DNA of 64,000 nucleotides, from the IMG/VR virus record IMGVR_UViG_3300033076_001232, positions 1 through 64,000 of that record; one strand, given 5' to 3'. Made by a program: the position numbers and the translations under genes. This stretch comes from a virus (taxonomy: Duplodnaviria > Heunggongvirae > Uroviricota > Caudoviricetes). The notes under the pieces are model-generated. The model was not told the DNA's origin and made no database searches. It saw nothing but the letters and a program-made list of their open reading frames with translations. Positions 1 through 9,134 of this stretch are shown here, piece after piece (position 1 is the first letter of the stretch; the number at the start of each line of letters is the position of its first letter).

Positions 1-540
1 TCAGGAACAACAGGTTCATCAGGAACAAGTGGATCTAGTGGATCTTCAGGATCTAGCGGATCATCAGGAACAACAGGTTCATCAGGAACAAGTGGATCTA
101 GCGGATCTTCGGGATCTTCAGGATCTAGCGGTTCATCAGGAACAACAGGTTCATCAGGAACAAGTGGATCTAGTGGATCTTCAGGATCTAGCGGATCATC
201 AGGAACAACAGGATCTTCAGGCTCGTCAGGCTCTTCCGGATCACGAGGTTCTTCAGGATCTAGCGGATCATCAGGATCATCGGGAACAACAGGTGCTCCT
301 GGATCCTCAGGTTCATCAGGATCCAGTGGTTCTTCAGGAACAACAGGTTCTCCAGGTGCTCCTGGTTCTTCCGGATCAAGTGGTTCTTCTGGATCATCAG
401 GAACAACAGGATCTCCAGGTGCTCCTGGATCATCGGGTTCATCAGGATCTAGCGGATCCTCAGGTTCTTCTGGATCTAGTGGTTCTTCTGGAACAACAGG
501 TGCTCCTGGATCTTCAGGTTCATCGGGTACTTCTGGAGCT
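1..540 (+). repeat. Imperfect 9-bp-period coding tandem repeat (Gly every third codon) with higher-order units starting tcaggaacaacagg
   Basis: tcaggaacaacaggttcatcaggaacaagtggatctag recurs at 1, 64 and 136 and encodes (G-S/T-S/T)n. Confidence 0.95.
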
Positions 541-2667
541 AATCTTCAGGTTTTAGACGAGGGATCTTCTTTAACAACGGCTGCATCCTCTATGAATTTC
601 GTCGGTGCGGGGGTTACCGCTACCGTTGTTGGTACTGCAGTTACCGTCACTATCCCTGGAGGTGGTGGGGCTATACCTGGATCTAACAACCAAGTAATTA
701 CTTCCGATGGTGCTGGTGGAGCGGTAGCTGAATCCTTATTAACATTCAATGGAGCATTAGCTTCTCCTTATTTAAATGTAAATTCAGTAACTATTGGTAG
801 AGGAGGTAATAATGTTAATACCAATGTTTCGGTAGGTGATATAGCTTTCTCTGCAACTGCAAGTGGAACATATAATGTTGCAATAGGTAAGAATACATCG
901 TCATTAATTACCACCGGAAGTAATAATGTCTCTATCGGTACACAGGCTCTTGGTTCAGCAACGACAGGAAGTAATAATATAGCTTTAGGAAACAAAGCTC
1001 AGTCTAAAAACGATGTTTCGTCAGTAATTGCGATAGGTTATAACGCTTTGCAATGTAATACTCGCAATAGAACAATAGGTATTGGTAGTAACGTCCTTCA
1101 GGTAAATACTACAGGCTGTATTAATACTGGGTTAGGTCATTTAGCTCTGATCAATAATTCAACTGGATCTTATAATACATCTGTAGGTTACTCTTCCATG
1201 CAAAGACTCGTTTCTGGGTCTAAAAACACGGCTGTAGGAGCTGGATTTGCTTGTGGAGGGCCTAGTCCATCCTCTACATCTTGGTCACCTCTATACGGTA
1301 ATGTTTATGGAAGTCTAAACGTTGCTATCGGTACGAGTGCTTTGGCTAGAGGAACAAATGTGAATCAGCTTGTAGCAGTAGGGGTTGCAGCTCTACATGC
1401 AAATACAACGGGAACACAAAATACTGCTGTTGGTACATACGCTTTAGCTAAAAATACAATTGGAGTATGTAATATAGCTATTGGTAATAAAGCTTTAACC
1501 GGTAATGGTTATGGAGGATGTAATATCGCTATAGGATTTGAAACACTTTGTTATAATAATACTGGAGGGGGTAATATCAGTATCGGTGCTGCAAACATGG
1601 TCTCTAACACATACGGAAACCATAACGTTGCTTTAGGTAGATCTGCTTTATATTCTAACAATGCAGGATGTGGAAATATTGCGATAGGTAGAAGAACTTT
1701 AGCTTACAATACTACAGGTCTTTATAACGTTGCAATGGGAAGAGCTTCTTTATATTGCAATATCAGTGGATGTTACAACGTTGCCATAGGTAGATCAGCT
1801 CTATATGAGAATTATAATTCAAGCGGTAACGTTGCTATCGGTCACAGATCTTTGGTTTACAACAATACGGGAGGATATGAAGGTTCAAAAAATACAGCAG
1901 TTGGATCAAAATCTCTTTATAAAAACAATAGGGGTAGTTACAATACGGCATTGGGATATATGGCATTGTATAATAATACTACCCAAGGAAGTAACGTTGC
2001 AGTAGGTTATAAAGCTTTATTTAACTCGACCTCTAGAAGCAACGTTGCAATTGGTGCGAATGCGGCTAGTTCTCAAACTACCGGACAAAGCAACGTTGCA
2101 ATTGGAGAAAATGCTTTAGCCGCAAACGTTTATGGAAATGGATCAACCGCAGTTGGTAAAGCTGCGGGTAATAATTTTACCTATAACTATCAAATAGCGG
2201 TAGGATACAACGCGGTAACATCTAATGCCGCATATCACACTGTTTGGGGAAATGCAAATAACAACGTTTACAACTGTGTTTGGGCGGCTTGGACAAACGT
2301 TTCAGATTGTAGAGATAAAACTAATATAGAGCCTCTATCTAATAATTTAGGTCTTAATTTCATCAATAAGCTAACCCCTGTTTCCTTCAATTGGGATCAA
2401 AGACAGAGGTATGTTGATAAATGTGGATTTGAATATGGCCAAAAGGACGGAACATTAGTAAGCGAGCACAAAGAGTATGGACTTATAGCTCAGGATCTTA
2501 GAAAAGCACTAGATGAGCTAGGGGAACAATTCGATGCACTTAAGTATAATAGCACACAAGATGCTTATCGATTAACATATGAAGCTCTAATGGCACCTAT
2601 GATTAAGTCAATTCAGGAATTATCTGCTAGACTGGAGACATTAGAGAACACTTTAAACGGACAATAA
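1..2667 (+). CDS. Tail fibre/spike protein, 5'-truncated by the window: collagen-like G-X-Y (Ser/Thr) stalk, beta-roll repeats, C-terminal S74-type intramolecular chaperone
   Basis: Frame 1 is open from base 1 (SGTTGSSGTSGSSG...) into the 592..2667 ORF. It has many N-x-A-(I/V)-G-x-x-A-L repeats and a C-terminal SDCRDKTNIEPL...GLIAQDL...coiled coil typical of Peptidase_S74 chaperones. Confidence 0.85.
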   Translation, partial: SGTTGSSGTSGSSGSSGSSGSSGTTGSSGTSGSSGSSGSSGSSGSSGTTGSSGTSGSSGSSGSSGSSGTTGSSGSSGSSGSRGSSGSSGSSGSSGTTGAPGSSGSSGSSGSSGTTGSPGAPGSSGSSGSSGSSGTTGSPGAPGSSGSSGSSGSSGSSGSSGSSGTTGAPGSSGSSGTSGANLQVLDEGSSLTTAASSMNFVGAGVTATVVGTAVTVTIPGGGGAIPGSNNQVITSDGAGGAVAESLLTFNGALASPYLNVNSVTIGRGGNNVNTNVSVGDIAFSATASGTYNVAIGKNTSSLITTGSNNVSIGTQALGSATTGSNNIALGNKAQSKNDVSSVIAIGYNALQCNTRNRTIGIGSNVLQVNTTGCINTGLGHLALINNSTGSYNTSVGYSSMQRLVSGSKNTAVGAGFACGGPSPSSTSWSPLYGNVYGSLNVAIGTSALARGTNVNQLVAVGVAALHANTTGTQNTAVGTYALAKNTIGVCNIAIGNKALTGNGYGGCNIAIGFETLCYNNTGGGNISIGAANMVSNTYGNHNVALGRSALYSNNAGCGNIAIGRRTLAYNTTGLYNVAMGRASLYCNISGCYNVAIGRSALYENYNSSGNVAIGHRSLVYNNTGGYEGSKNTAVGSKSLYKNNRGSYNTALGYMALYNNTTQGSNVAVGYKALFNSTSRSNVAIGANAASSQTTGQSNVAIGENALAANVYGNGSTAVGKAAGNNFTYNYQIAVGYNAVTSNAAYHTVWGNANNNVYNCVWAAWTNVSDCRDKTNIEPLSNNLGLNFINKLTPVSFNWDQRQRYVDKCGFEYGQKDGTLVSEHKEYGLIAQDLRKALDELGEQFDALKYNSTQDAYRLTYEALMAPMIKSIQELSARLETLENTLNGQ

Positions 2668-3488
2668 TGCCAGTAAAAAAGATATTTTATAACTCCTCAC
2701 TTCCGAGGTCCGGATCCACATTACTACAAAATGTGATGATGCAGAATCCTGATATTTACTCAACACCAACCTCTGGAGTTTCAGAACTTCTTTTATCGTC
2801 AAGAAGTGTCTATTCTTCTAGTGATGCTTTTAAAGCACAGGATCCTGAAGAAATGAAAGAGGCTTTCAGAGGATTCTGTAAAGGGGGTATTTATGGTTAC
2901 TTTAATTCTATTACTGATAGACCATACGTATTTGAAAAAAGCAGATCTTGGCTGGGAAACAGATCCTTTGCAGATTTTTTTGAAGAGGATCCTAAGATAG
3001 TTGTAATGGTTAGAGATTTAAGAGGTGTATTCTCTTCGATGGAAAAGAATTTTAGAAAAAACCCACACAAAGATCCTATGATCGTTAATGGTGCTGAATT
3101 AAAAAACATGACAACCCCAGCAAGGGTAGATTATTTTTCGGTTTCCCCTCCAATCGGTCCTTCTTTAGAATGGCTTTTCGAGTCAATACATCAAGGATAT
3201 GATGAAAAAATCCACTTTATTAAATTTGAGAATTTTACGACCGATCCTGAATCTGAAATAAAGAAGCTTTACACCTATTTAGATATCCCTTATTTTAAAC
3301 ACGATTTTGACAACGTTCAGCAATTAACACACGAGAATGATGTCATTCACGGCATTTTCGGAGATCATAAAATATCTCCTAAAGTTAGGCCTGTTCCTGA
3401 CGATTATGTAAAAATACTAGGTAAATCAGAATCTGATAGATTAAGAAACCATTATGATTGGTTTTATAAAAAGTTCAATTATATATAA
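2667..3488 (+). CDS. PAPS-dependent sulfotransferase family protein
   Basis: 5'-PSB loop SSLPRSGSTLL, 3'-PB motif VMVRDLRGVFSS, and later IKFENF..DPESEIKKLYTYL. The start overlaps the fibre stop (TAATG). Confidence 0.85.
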   Translation: MPVKKIFYNSSLPRSGSTLLQNVMMQNPDIYSTPTSGVSELLLSSRSVYSSSDAFKAQDPEEMKEAFRGFCKGGIYGYFNSITDRPYVFEKSRSWLGNRSFADFFEEDPKIVVMVRDLRGVFSSMEKNFRKNPHKDPMIVNGAELKNMTTPARVDYFSVSPPIGPSLEWLFESIHQGYDEKIHFIKFENFTTDPESEIKKLYTYLDIPYFKHDFDNVQQLTHENDVIHGIFGDHKISPKVRPVPDDYVKILGKSESDRLRNHYDWFYKKFNYI

Positions 3489-3491
3489 GGT

Positions 3492-4082
3492 ATGCCAGAT
3501 CCTAGAGTAATATTACTGCAAGAAAAACTAACTAAGCTTTCTGAGATCTTAACAGATCCTACACCTCTTTACAAGGAGCACATCTTAAAAGATGACGAAA
3601 AAACTGTTAAGCCAAATCTTAAGGCTAAACACGTTAGTGAATTTACTGATGATATGGAGAGAAGATCTAAGTCCATCGAAATTTTAAAAGCGGAAATAGA
3701 AAGCGAGTCTTTAGAGGTTCCATTCGAGACCGTTCAGACTTTTAATAATGTCATAAAAGATAAGGAAGTTTTTCTGGAAAAGGGATCAACAAATTGGGAC
3801 AAGAGTCAATCTTTTAGTTCTCCTTCTTTTTATATAGCAAACAATACTTTATTTTTTCAATATAAGGACACATCTCCCATAGATTATATAGAAATAGTAG
3901 AGATCTCTCCCGATGGAAAATCAACAACCTCTTCTCAGGGGGGTACTATAGGAGATAATGAATTCATAAAAGTTCCGGTCATAATAGACTATTTGGAGAA
4001 GAATTCGCCCGGAACTAAATATATAGTTACTGTCGTTAATGGTAGCGGACAGAAAGGATTTTTTACTTACGTTTATAAATAA
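3492..4082 (+). CDS. Hypothetical protein
   Basis: 196-aa ORF packed tightly in the operon; no motif recognised. Confidence 0.7.
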   Translation: MPDPRVILLQEKLTKLSEILTDPTPLYKEHILKDDEKTVKPNLKAKHVSEFTDDMERRSKSIEILKAEIESESLEVPFETVQTFNNVIKDKEVFLEKGSTNWDKSQSFSSPSFYIANNTLFFQYKDTSPIDYIEIVEISPDGKSTTSSQGGTIGDNEFIKVPVIIDYLEKNSPGTKYIVTVVNGSGQKGFFTYVYK

Positions 4083-4088
4083 TATCAT

Positions 4089-4541
4089 ATGATCTACTGG
4101 TTTACTGGCCAACCAGGACACGGAAAAACAGTTCTTGCTAAAGAGCTAATAAAAATTCTAAATAACGGTGCGTTTCATATTGACGGAGATCATCTAAGAG
4201 GGATATTCGATAACAAGGATTATTCTGAATCAGGGAGAAGAAAAAACATAGATTTAGCTCAAAAGATCTCTCACTATTTAGAGAATCAAGGTAAGGATGT
4301 AGTGGTTTCTCTAGTTTCACCTTATAGAGATCAAAGAGATCATTTTAAGACTTCCATGGGTGATTCATTGGTTGAAATATACGTCCACACTACAGAGAAA
4401 AGAGGAAGAGAGAATTTCCACGTTCCCGACTATCAAGCTCCGATCGAAAACTTCATAGACATTGATACTACAATAGATAATCCAGAGGAAAGTATTATCA
4501 AAATAGTATCACATGAAAAATTATATCGCGAAAGCAGATAA
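4089..4541 (+). CDS. cysC: Adenylylsulfate (APS) kinase
   Basis: WFTGQPGHGKT P-loop, IDGDHLR, R..NI, VVSLVSPYRDQR, VEIYV and YQAP motifs of APS kinases. Confidence 0.88.
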   Translation: MIYWFTGQPGHGKTVLAKELIKILNNGAFHIDGDHLRGIFDNKDYSESGRRKNIDLAQKISHYLENQGKDVVVSLVSPYRDQRDHFKTSMGDSLVEIYVHTTEKRGRENFHVPDYQAPIENFIDIDTTIDNPEESIIKIVSHEKLYRESR

Positions 4542-4911
4542 AAAAACTTCTTCCAATAGACATCAATATTCAATGTTTGTTGGTAGATGGCAGCCTCTCC
4601 ATTCGGGACATCAATGGCTTTTTAATCAAGCATTAGAAGAGGGTAAAAACGTACTTATTTGTATAAGAGATGTTGAACCCGATGATAAAAATCCATTCTC
4701 TCCGGAACAAGTTAAAAATGATATAGAGAATTTTTATCAGGATTATGTACAATCAGGAAGAGTTAAGGTGATGATTATACCTGACATAGAATCTATAAAT
4801 TACGGTAGAGGTGTTGGTTACGATATCATCGAACACGTTCCGCCAGCGGAAATATCGGATATTTCTGCAACTAAGATAAGAGAGGGTTTAAAATCAGAGG
4901 GTAAACTATGA
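4513..4911 (+). CDS. HxGH nucleotidyltransferase (cytidylyltransferase-like fold), candidate minimal ATP sulfurylase
   Basis: GRWQPLHSGH, NPFS and ISATKIR motifs; overlaps cysC. Confidence 0.75.
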   Translation: MKNYIAKADKKTSSNRHQYSMFVGRWQPLHSGHQWLFNQALEEGKNVLICIRDVEPDDKNPFSPEQVKNDIENFYQDYVQSGRVKVMIIPDIESINYGRGVGYDIIEHVPPAEISDISATKIREGLKSEGKL

Positions 4912-5357
4912 GCAAGAAATTTAAGACATATCACATTAGATTTAACACGGTCTCTTCATCGGAGGACGATAGATGGAGATTGATAGAAGAAGGAGGAAAG
5001 GAGATTCTTGTTTCGGATGTAATAGTAAATGGACATTCATACACTACTAAAAACTGGATACCAGAGATTGAGGAATATAAGTGGCATATGTCATGTGATG
5101 GGTATTGTACAATCAAAGACAATGTTGCTAGAATAGAGACGATAAAAAACGAATCCGTTTTGACCCGGCATATACTAAAAACTGTTTCGTATAGAATAAT
5201 CGGAACCCTTACAACAGTAACTGTTGCATATTCTTTAGGTGTTCCTTTAGAAATATCATCTATGCTGGGCATGGGAGAGTTACTATTAAAACCAGTCATA
5301 TACTTCCTCCACGAAAGAATGTGGTATAAATGGATTAGAATCGGTATAAAGAAATAA
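4908..5357 (+). CDS. Protein with C-terminal DUF2061-like membrane domain
   Basis: RHILKTVSYRIIGT...KPVIYFLHERMW pattern with two hydrophobic helices. Confidence 0.7.
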   Translation: MSKKFKTYHIRFNTVSSSEDDRWRLIEEGGKEILVSDVIVNGHSYTTKNWIPEIEEYKWHMSCDGYCTIKDNVARIETIKNESVLTRHILKTVSYRIIGTLTTVTVAYSLGVPLEISSMLGMGELLLKPVIYFLHERMWYKWIRIGIKK

Positions 5358-5360
5358 TCT

Positions 5361-6239
5361 ATGGACAGTTATTTAGTGTGGCATATAGAGGGAGGTTTAG
5401 GTAAAAATGTTGCTGCAACGTCCCTAATAGAAACTCTTCACGGAAGGTACCCTGACAGAAAAATTATTATAGTGGCTTCTTATCCGGATGTATTCGTTAA
5501 CCATAAACTAATATATCGGGTTTATAGTGTTGGAAATACCCCATATTTCTATGATGACTATATTAGAGATAAGGATACCCTCGTTTTTAGACACGAAGCA
5601 TATTACGAGAGCAATCACATATCCAAAAGAAAACATATTATTGAGAGTTGGTGTAAATTAATGGATCTGGAGTATAAAAATCAGAGTCCAGTAATTAATT
5701 TCAATCTTGTCCAGCAGAGGAGTGCACAAAAATGGATTAGAGAAAATCCGATTCTGTTGATCCAAACTAACGGAGGACCTATGAATTCGGAAAATGCTTA
5801 TTCGTGGACCAGAGATATCCCATTTGATATTTCTTTGAAAATAGCGGACAAATTCAGAAGTACCCATCATATAATACAAGTATGCAAGCCCACTTCTAGA
5901 CAAATCCCAGGAGCGGAAATAATTAGTGACCCGTTATCTCCATTGGATCTTTTTTTATTGCTTGCTCTTTCTGAGAAAAGAGTTCTTATCGATTCGTGTC
6001 TCCAACATGCTGCGACAGCTTTAAATCTTAAATCTACTGTTTTATGGATAGGTACTTCTCCCGTTAATTTCGGGTATCCGTTTCATAAAAATATAATTGC
6101 AAACCCGCCAGAGACTCAACCTAAGCTAATAAATTCATATCTTTTTGATTATTCGTTCGATGGAATAGCTTACGAATGCCCATATTATAGTACGGATGAG
6201 ATTTTTAATGTAGATGACATAATAAAATCAATCGAATAG
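5361..6239 (+). CDS. Glycosyltransferase, GT9 (heptosyltransferase)-like GT-B fold
   Basis: N-terminal GGLGK..AA...L...YPDRKIIIV and C-terminal IDSCLQHAATALNLKSTVLW resemble GT9 motifs. Confidence 0.72.
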   Translation: MDSYLVWHIEGGLGKNVAATSLIETLHGRYPDRKIIIVASYPDVFVNHKLIYRVYSVGNTPYFYDDYIRDKDTLVFRHEAYYESNHISKRKHIIESWCKLMDLEYKNQSPVINFNLVQQRSAQKWIRENPILLIQTNGGPMNSENAYSWTRDIPFDISLKIADKFRSTHHIIQVCKPTSRQIPGAEIISDPLSPLDLFLLLALSEKRVLIDSCLQHAATALNLKSTVLWIGTSPVNFGYPFHKNIIANPPETQPKLINSYLFDYSFDGIAYECPYYSTDEIFNVDDIIKSIE

Positions 6240-6266
6240 AAACTTTAGCATACCAGGAATCTAAAA
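6239..6266 (+). promoter_or_regulatory. Class II (putative middle, ECF-type) promoter GAAAC-N18-TANAA
   Basis: GAAAC tttagcataccaggaatc TAAAA; the same motif lies upstream of seven other genes. Confidence 0.6.
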
Positions 6267-6279
6267 AAAATAAAAACAA

Positions 6280-6555
6280 ATGGAAGAATCAGTAAAATTA
6301 CCAGAAGAATTAGTACTAGAAGTTCAAGCTCTTAAGGATGAACTTATGGACAATGTTATTAAAGTTGGAAGATTAAGCGTACAGAAATCTTTTTACGAGA
6401 AAGATCTTGAAATGATTAATACACAGCTTTCTGAGCTTCATGACCAAGCAGCTCTAATTTACCAGAAGGAAGAGGATTTACAACAAAGAGTGATCTCCCA
6501 ATATGGCAATGGAAAATTAGATTTCGAAAGCGGAATCTTTACTAAAACGAAATAA
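6280..6555 (+). CDS. Small coiled-coil hypothetical protein
   Basis: 91-aa helical ORF with A-rich leader, ending YGNGKLDFESGIF. Confidence 0.75.
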   Translation: MEESVKLPEELVLEVQALKDELMDNVIKVGRLSVQKSFYEKDLEMINTQLSELHDQAALIYQKEEDLQQRVISQYGNGKLDFESGIFTKTK

Positions 6556-6613
6556 TCTAAACCTCCTAAACCTCATTCTGTAGATAGACTTGTTATTCCT
6601 TAATTTTTTTAAG

Positions 6614-6621
6614 GATATATA
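6614..6621 (+). promoter_or_regulatory. Class III (putative late) promoter GATATATA
   Basis: Octamer recurring shortly upstream of structural genes; analogous to the T4 late promoter TATAAATA. Confidence 0.7.
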
Positions 6622-6641
6622 CAAAAAGTACTTACTACAGA

Positions 6642-9131
6642 ATGAGTTTTTATCCGGAGAATAGATTTCCTAAAGACGGATCCCCTGTCAGAAACACAAA
6701 CGGGGAACAATATAATTTATCCAACCAGAGATATAATTATCATGATGGTCTACAGAATACTTCTAAAGTAAAGAATTCTTCCGTAGATAACATCTTTTCA
6801 ACTACTGGAGCAGCTGAAGCCAGATCTAAGCAGATAGGATGTGGTGGATATCACCAAGTTACCTTAGATGGTAAGGTATTCTATAAACCCTGCGAAACTG
6901 CAGAATATTACGATCTTAGAATAGAGCAATTAGACAGTGCTTTAAATTTCACTTATATAGGTAATTATCGGGTTTTAACCTGGGATAATCCTTTTGAATA
7001 CGTTACAGCATTTAAGGGATGGATTATAGATGCTTCACACAGTAATAATTCTGGATCGATATTAAATGCTAATGACATATCGATAGATTTCAGATACAGT
7101 ATCGACGGTAAAACTTGGTCACTCTGGACTAATGTTGGAACTGCATTAGGTGGATTAACTAATGAATATTCCGAGCTTTTTGATATTCCATTAAACCCTA
7201 ATAATAAATTCTACCCCGAATTTAGATTTACCTCGGTATTGGTAAATGATGACGGTACGATAGTTTATAACAGCGAGGAACCAATAGACCCCTCGATTGT
7301 AATAGTAAACTTTGAATTGGATTTAGAATATGAACCTACTCCAGAGGTTGTCATCTATAAGCCAGCTCCTATATGTACCGATGAGGTTTCCACTAGACCC
7401 ATACTTTTTTCTAATTGCAACTTTACGTTTAATCCATACGGAGTTAATAGAGCTCTTAATATGTACCAGGATCTAAGTTTAATGGTGAATAATGTATTCG
7501 GTCTAGATATCAATTACTATTCTGTTCAACCACAGGCTAGAGGTAAGGATGTGGTATTGAAAGAGTATACCATTTTTGATGTTGTTGATGAGAAATGTAT
7601 AAAGGTATTGGTTCCTCAGAATCAATTCCCGGACAATAAGATAAACTTCGATCCATTTGGTCTTCAATTTGAAGAGCCTTTTGAGATACAAATAGATAGG
7701 AGATACTTCGAATCTATCTTCGGTAGGGGATCACAGCCTCGAAAAAGAGATATCATATATTTTCCTTTAACCAATAGAATCTATCAGATTAATTCAACCT
7801 ATTTATTTAGGGATTTTATGAACGCTCCTGTTTACTTTAAAATAGAGCTCAAAAAATATACTCCTAGGTCTAATACGTATTTTCAGGATCCTGCTTACAA
7901 AGAAGAACTTGATGGTATATCACTTACCACTGCAGATCTATTTGGCGATGAAGTACAGGCAGAGGAACTTAAAAGCTCTAAACCCCAGCAGTACGCTACA
8001 ACTATAACGCAGTTAGATCAAGACCCTATAAGATCTTATGTCTATAAGGATCTTTCGATTATAGAATATGATCTGAATAATAACTGGACGATAGTTCTGA
8101 ATAATTATTATGATCTTTACCAAGCTTTTGCAGACGATTCTGAATTTGGATCAGATCCTAGAAGATATAGAAATGCAGTAAGATATAAAGTTCTTCCGAA
8201 ATCTGATTCGACTACCGAGTTAGCCTATAGTTGCTGGTTTAGTCTTAAGAATTTCTACGATAATCAACAGCTTGCAAGAAGATCTTATCCTGTAATGAAC
8301 CTGACACTAGAATCATCGACTAATGATCTTCTTTATTTTAACAGTTATCCAAGAAAACATAATCTACAGGTATGGGAATCATATAGTAGTAATCCGGAAG
8401 GATATGTTGCGATTAAAGGGGATAAGCTACACTCTGGAGGATATGAGGTAAGGGAGGTAATTGATGAATATAGATTTGCTGTCGATAATAACTCTGTAGA
8501 TTTTTCTGAAGGAACCATTATATGGAAAATGCAAAAAGCTCAAAGCAGAAATTTAATAAGTGGTCTCTATTTAGATGTTAATGAGGATATCAAAGGAATC
8601 CGAATAGATCTAATTCACTCTGGTGTAATGGATGAACTCACTAATAATTTCTTAGGTGAGGGAAGCATAGTAATAAGACTAAACGATACCATAATAAACT
8701 CACCTCTCCAATTTGTTCCTGAGTTTGGTGACTGGTATGGTGTAGTTGTTAATTTCTCTAATGTTTACAAACAAATCTCTGCAAATGTATGGGCAATGAC
8801 ATATGATCCTACCGATCCTAATGATCAGACAAGCAATTTAAAGAAGGTGCATAGTTCGGTAAGAATGTTCACAAACGATATTCTTTTCGATGCCCCTGCT
8901 GATATTGTTACCGACACATCTAGTCCTTTTTACGGAACTGATAATAACTCATATAAGATTTACACCGGACCTATTTGGCTTAGTAACGTCAGATTATTTA
9001 AAAATATGATAGATATAGATACTCAATCAACTGTATTAAATCAGAATATAGTGAGAGATGCACAATTAGCCCATATTATTGATAACGCAAAACCACTTCT
9101 GAATATTCCGAAGTTTGCAAGAAACAGATAA
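6642..9131 (+). CDS. Neck/head-closure protein (T4 gp14-like core) with large N- and C-terminal extra domains
   Basis: Central FGLDINYY...FDPFGLQFEEPFEIQIDRRYF...PRKRDIIYFPLTNRIYQI resembles gp14; lies before the terminase genes. Confidence 0.65.
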   Translation: MSFYPENRFPKDGSPVRNTNGEQYNLSNQRYNYHDGLQNTSKVKNSSVDNIFSTTGAAEARSKQIGCGGYHQVTLDGKVFYKPCETAEYYDLRIEQLDSALNFTYIGNYRVLTWDNPFEYVTAFKGWIIDASHSNNSGSILNANDISIDFRYSIDGKTWSLWTNVGTALGGLTNEYSELFDIPLNPNNKFYPEFRFTSVLVNDDGTIVYNSEEPIDPSIVIVNFELDLEYEPTPEVVIYKPAPICTDEVSTRPILFSNCNFTFNPYGVNRALNMYQDLSLMVNNVFGLDINYYSVQPQARGKDVVLKEYTIFDVVDEKCIKVLVPQNQFPDNKINFDPFGLQFEEPFEIQIDRRYFESIFGRGSQPRKRDIIYFPLTNRIYQINSTYLFRDFMNAPVYFKIELKKYTPRSNTYFQDPAYKEELDGISLTTADLFGDEVQAEELKSSKPQQYATTITQLDQDPIRSYVYKDLSIIEYDLNNNWTIVLNNYYDLYQAFADDSEFGSDPRRYRNAVRYKVLPKSDSTTELAYSCWFSLKNFYDNQQLARRSYPVMNLTLESSTNDLLYFNSYPRKHNLQVWESYSSNPEGYVAIKGDKLHSGGYEVREVIDEYRFAVDNNSVDFSEGTIIWKMQKAQSRNLISGLYLDVNEDIKGIRIDLIHSGVMDELTNNFLGEGSIVIRLNDTIINSPLQFVPEFGDWYGVVVNFSNVYKQISANVWAMTYDPTDPNDQTSNLKKVHSSVRMFTNDILFDAPADIVTDTSSPFYGTDNNSYKIYTGPIWLSNVRLFKNMIDIDTQSTVLNQNIVRDAQLAHIIDNAKPLLNIPKFARNR

Positions 9132-9134
9132 TTT

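Noticed and set aside
1-540. Repeats as a CRISPR array
   Set aside because: No unique spacers; codon-periodic coding repeat.
29-556. 175-aa Q/L/D/V-rich ORF
   Set aside because: Off-frame shadow of the Gly-Ser repeat; frame 1 is continuous with the fibre gene.
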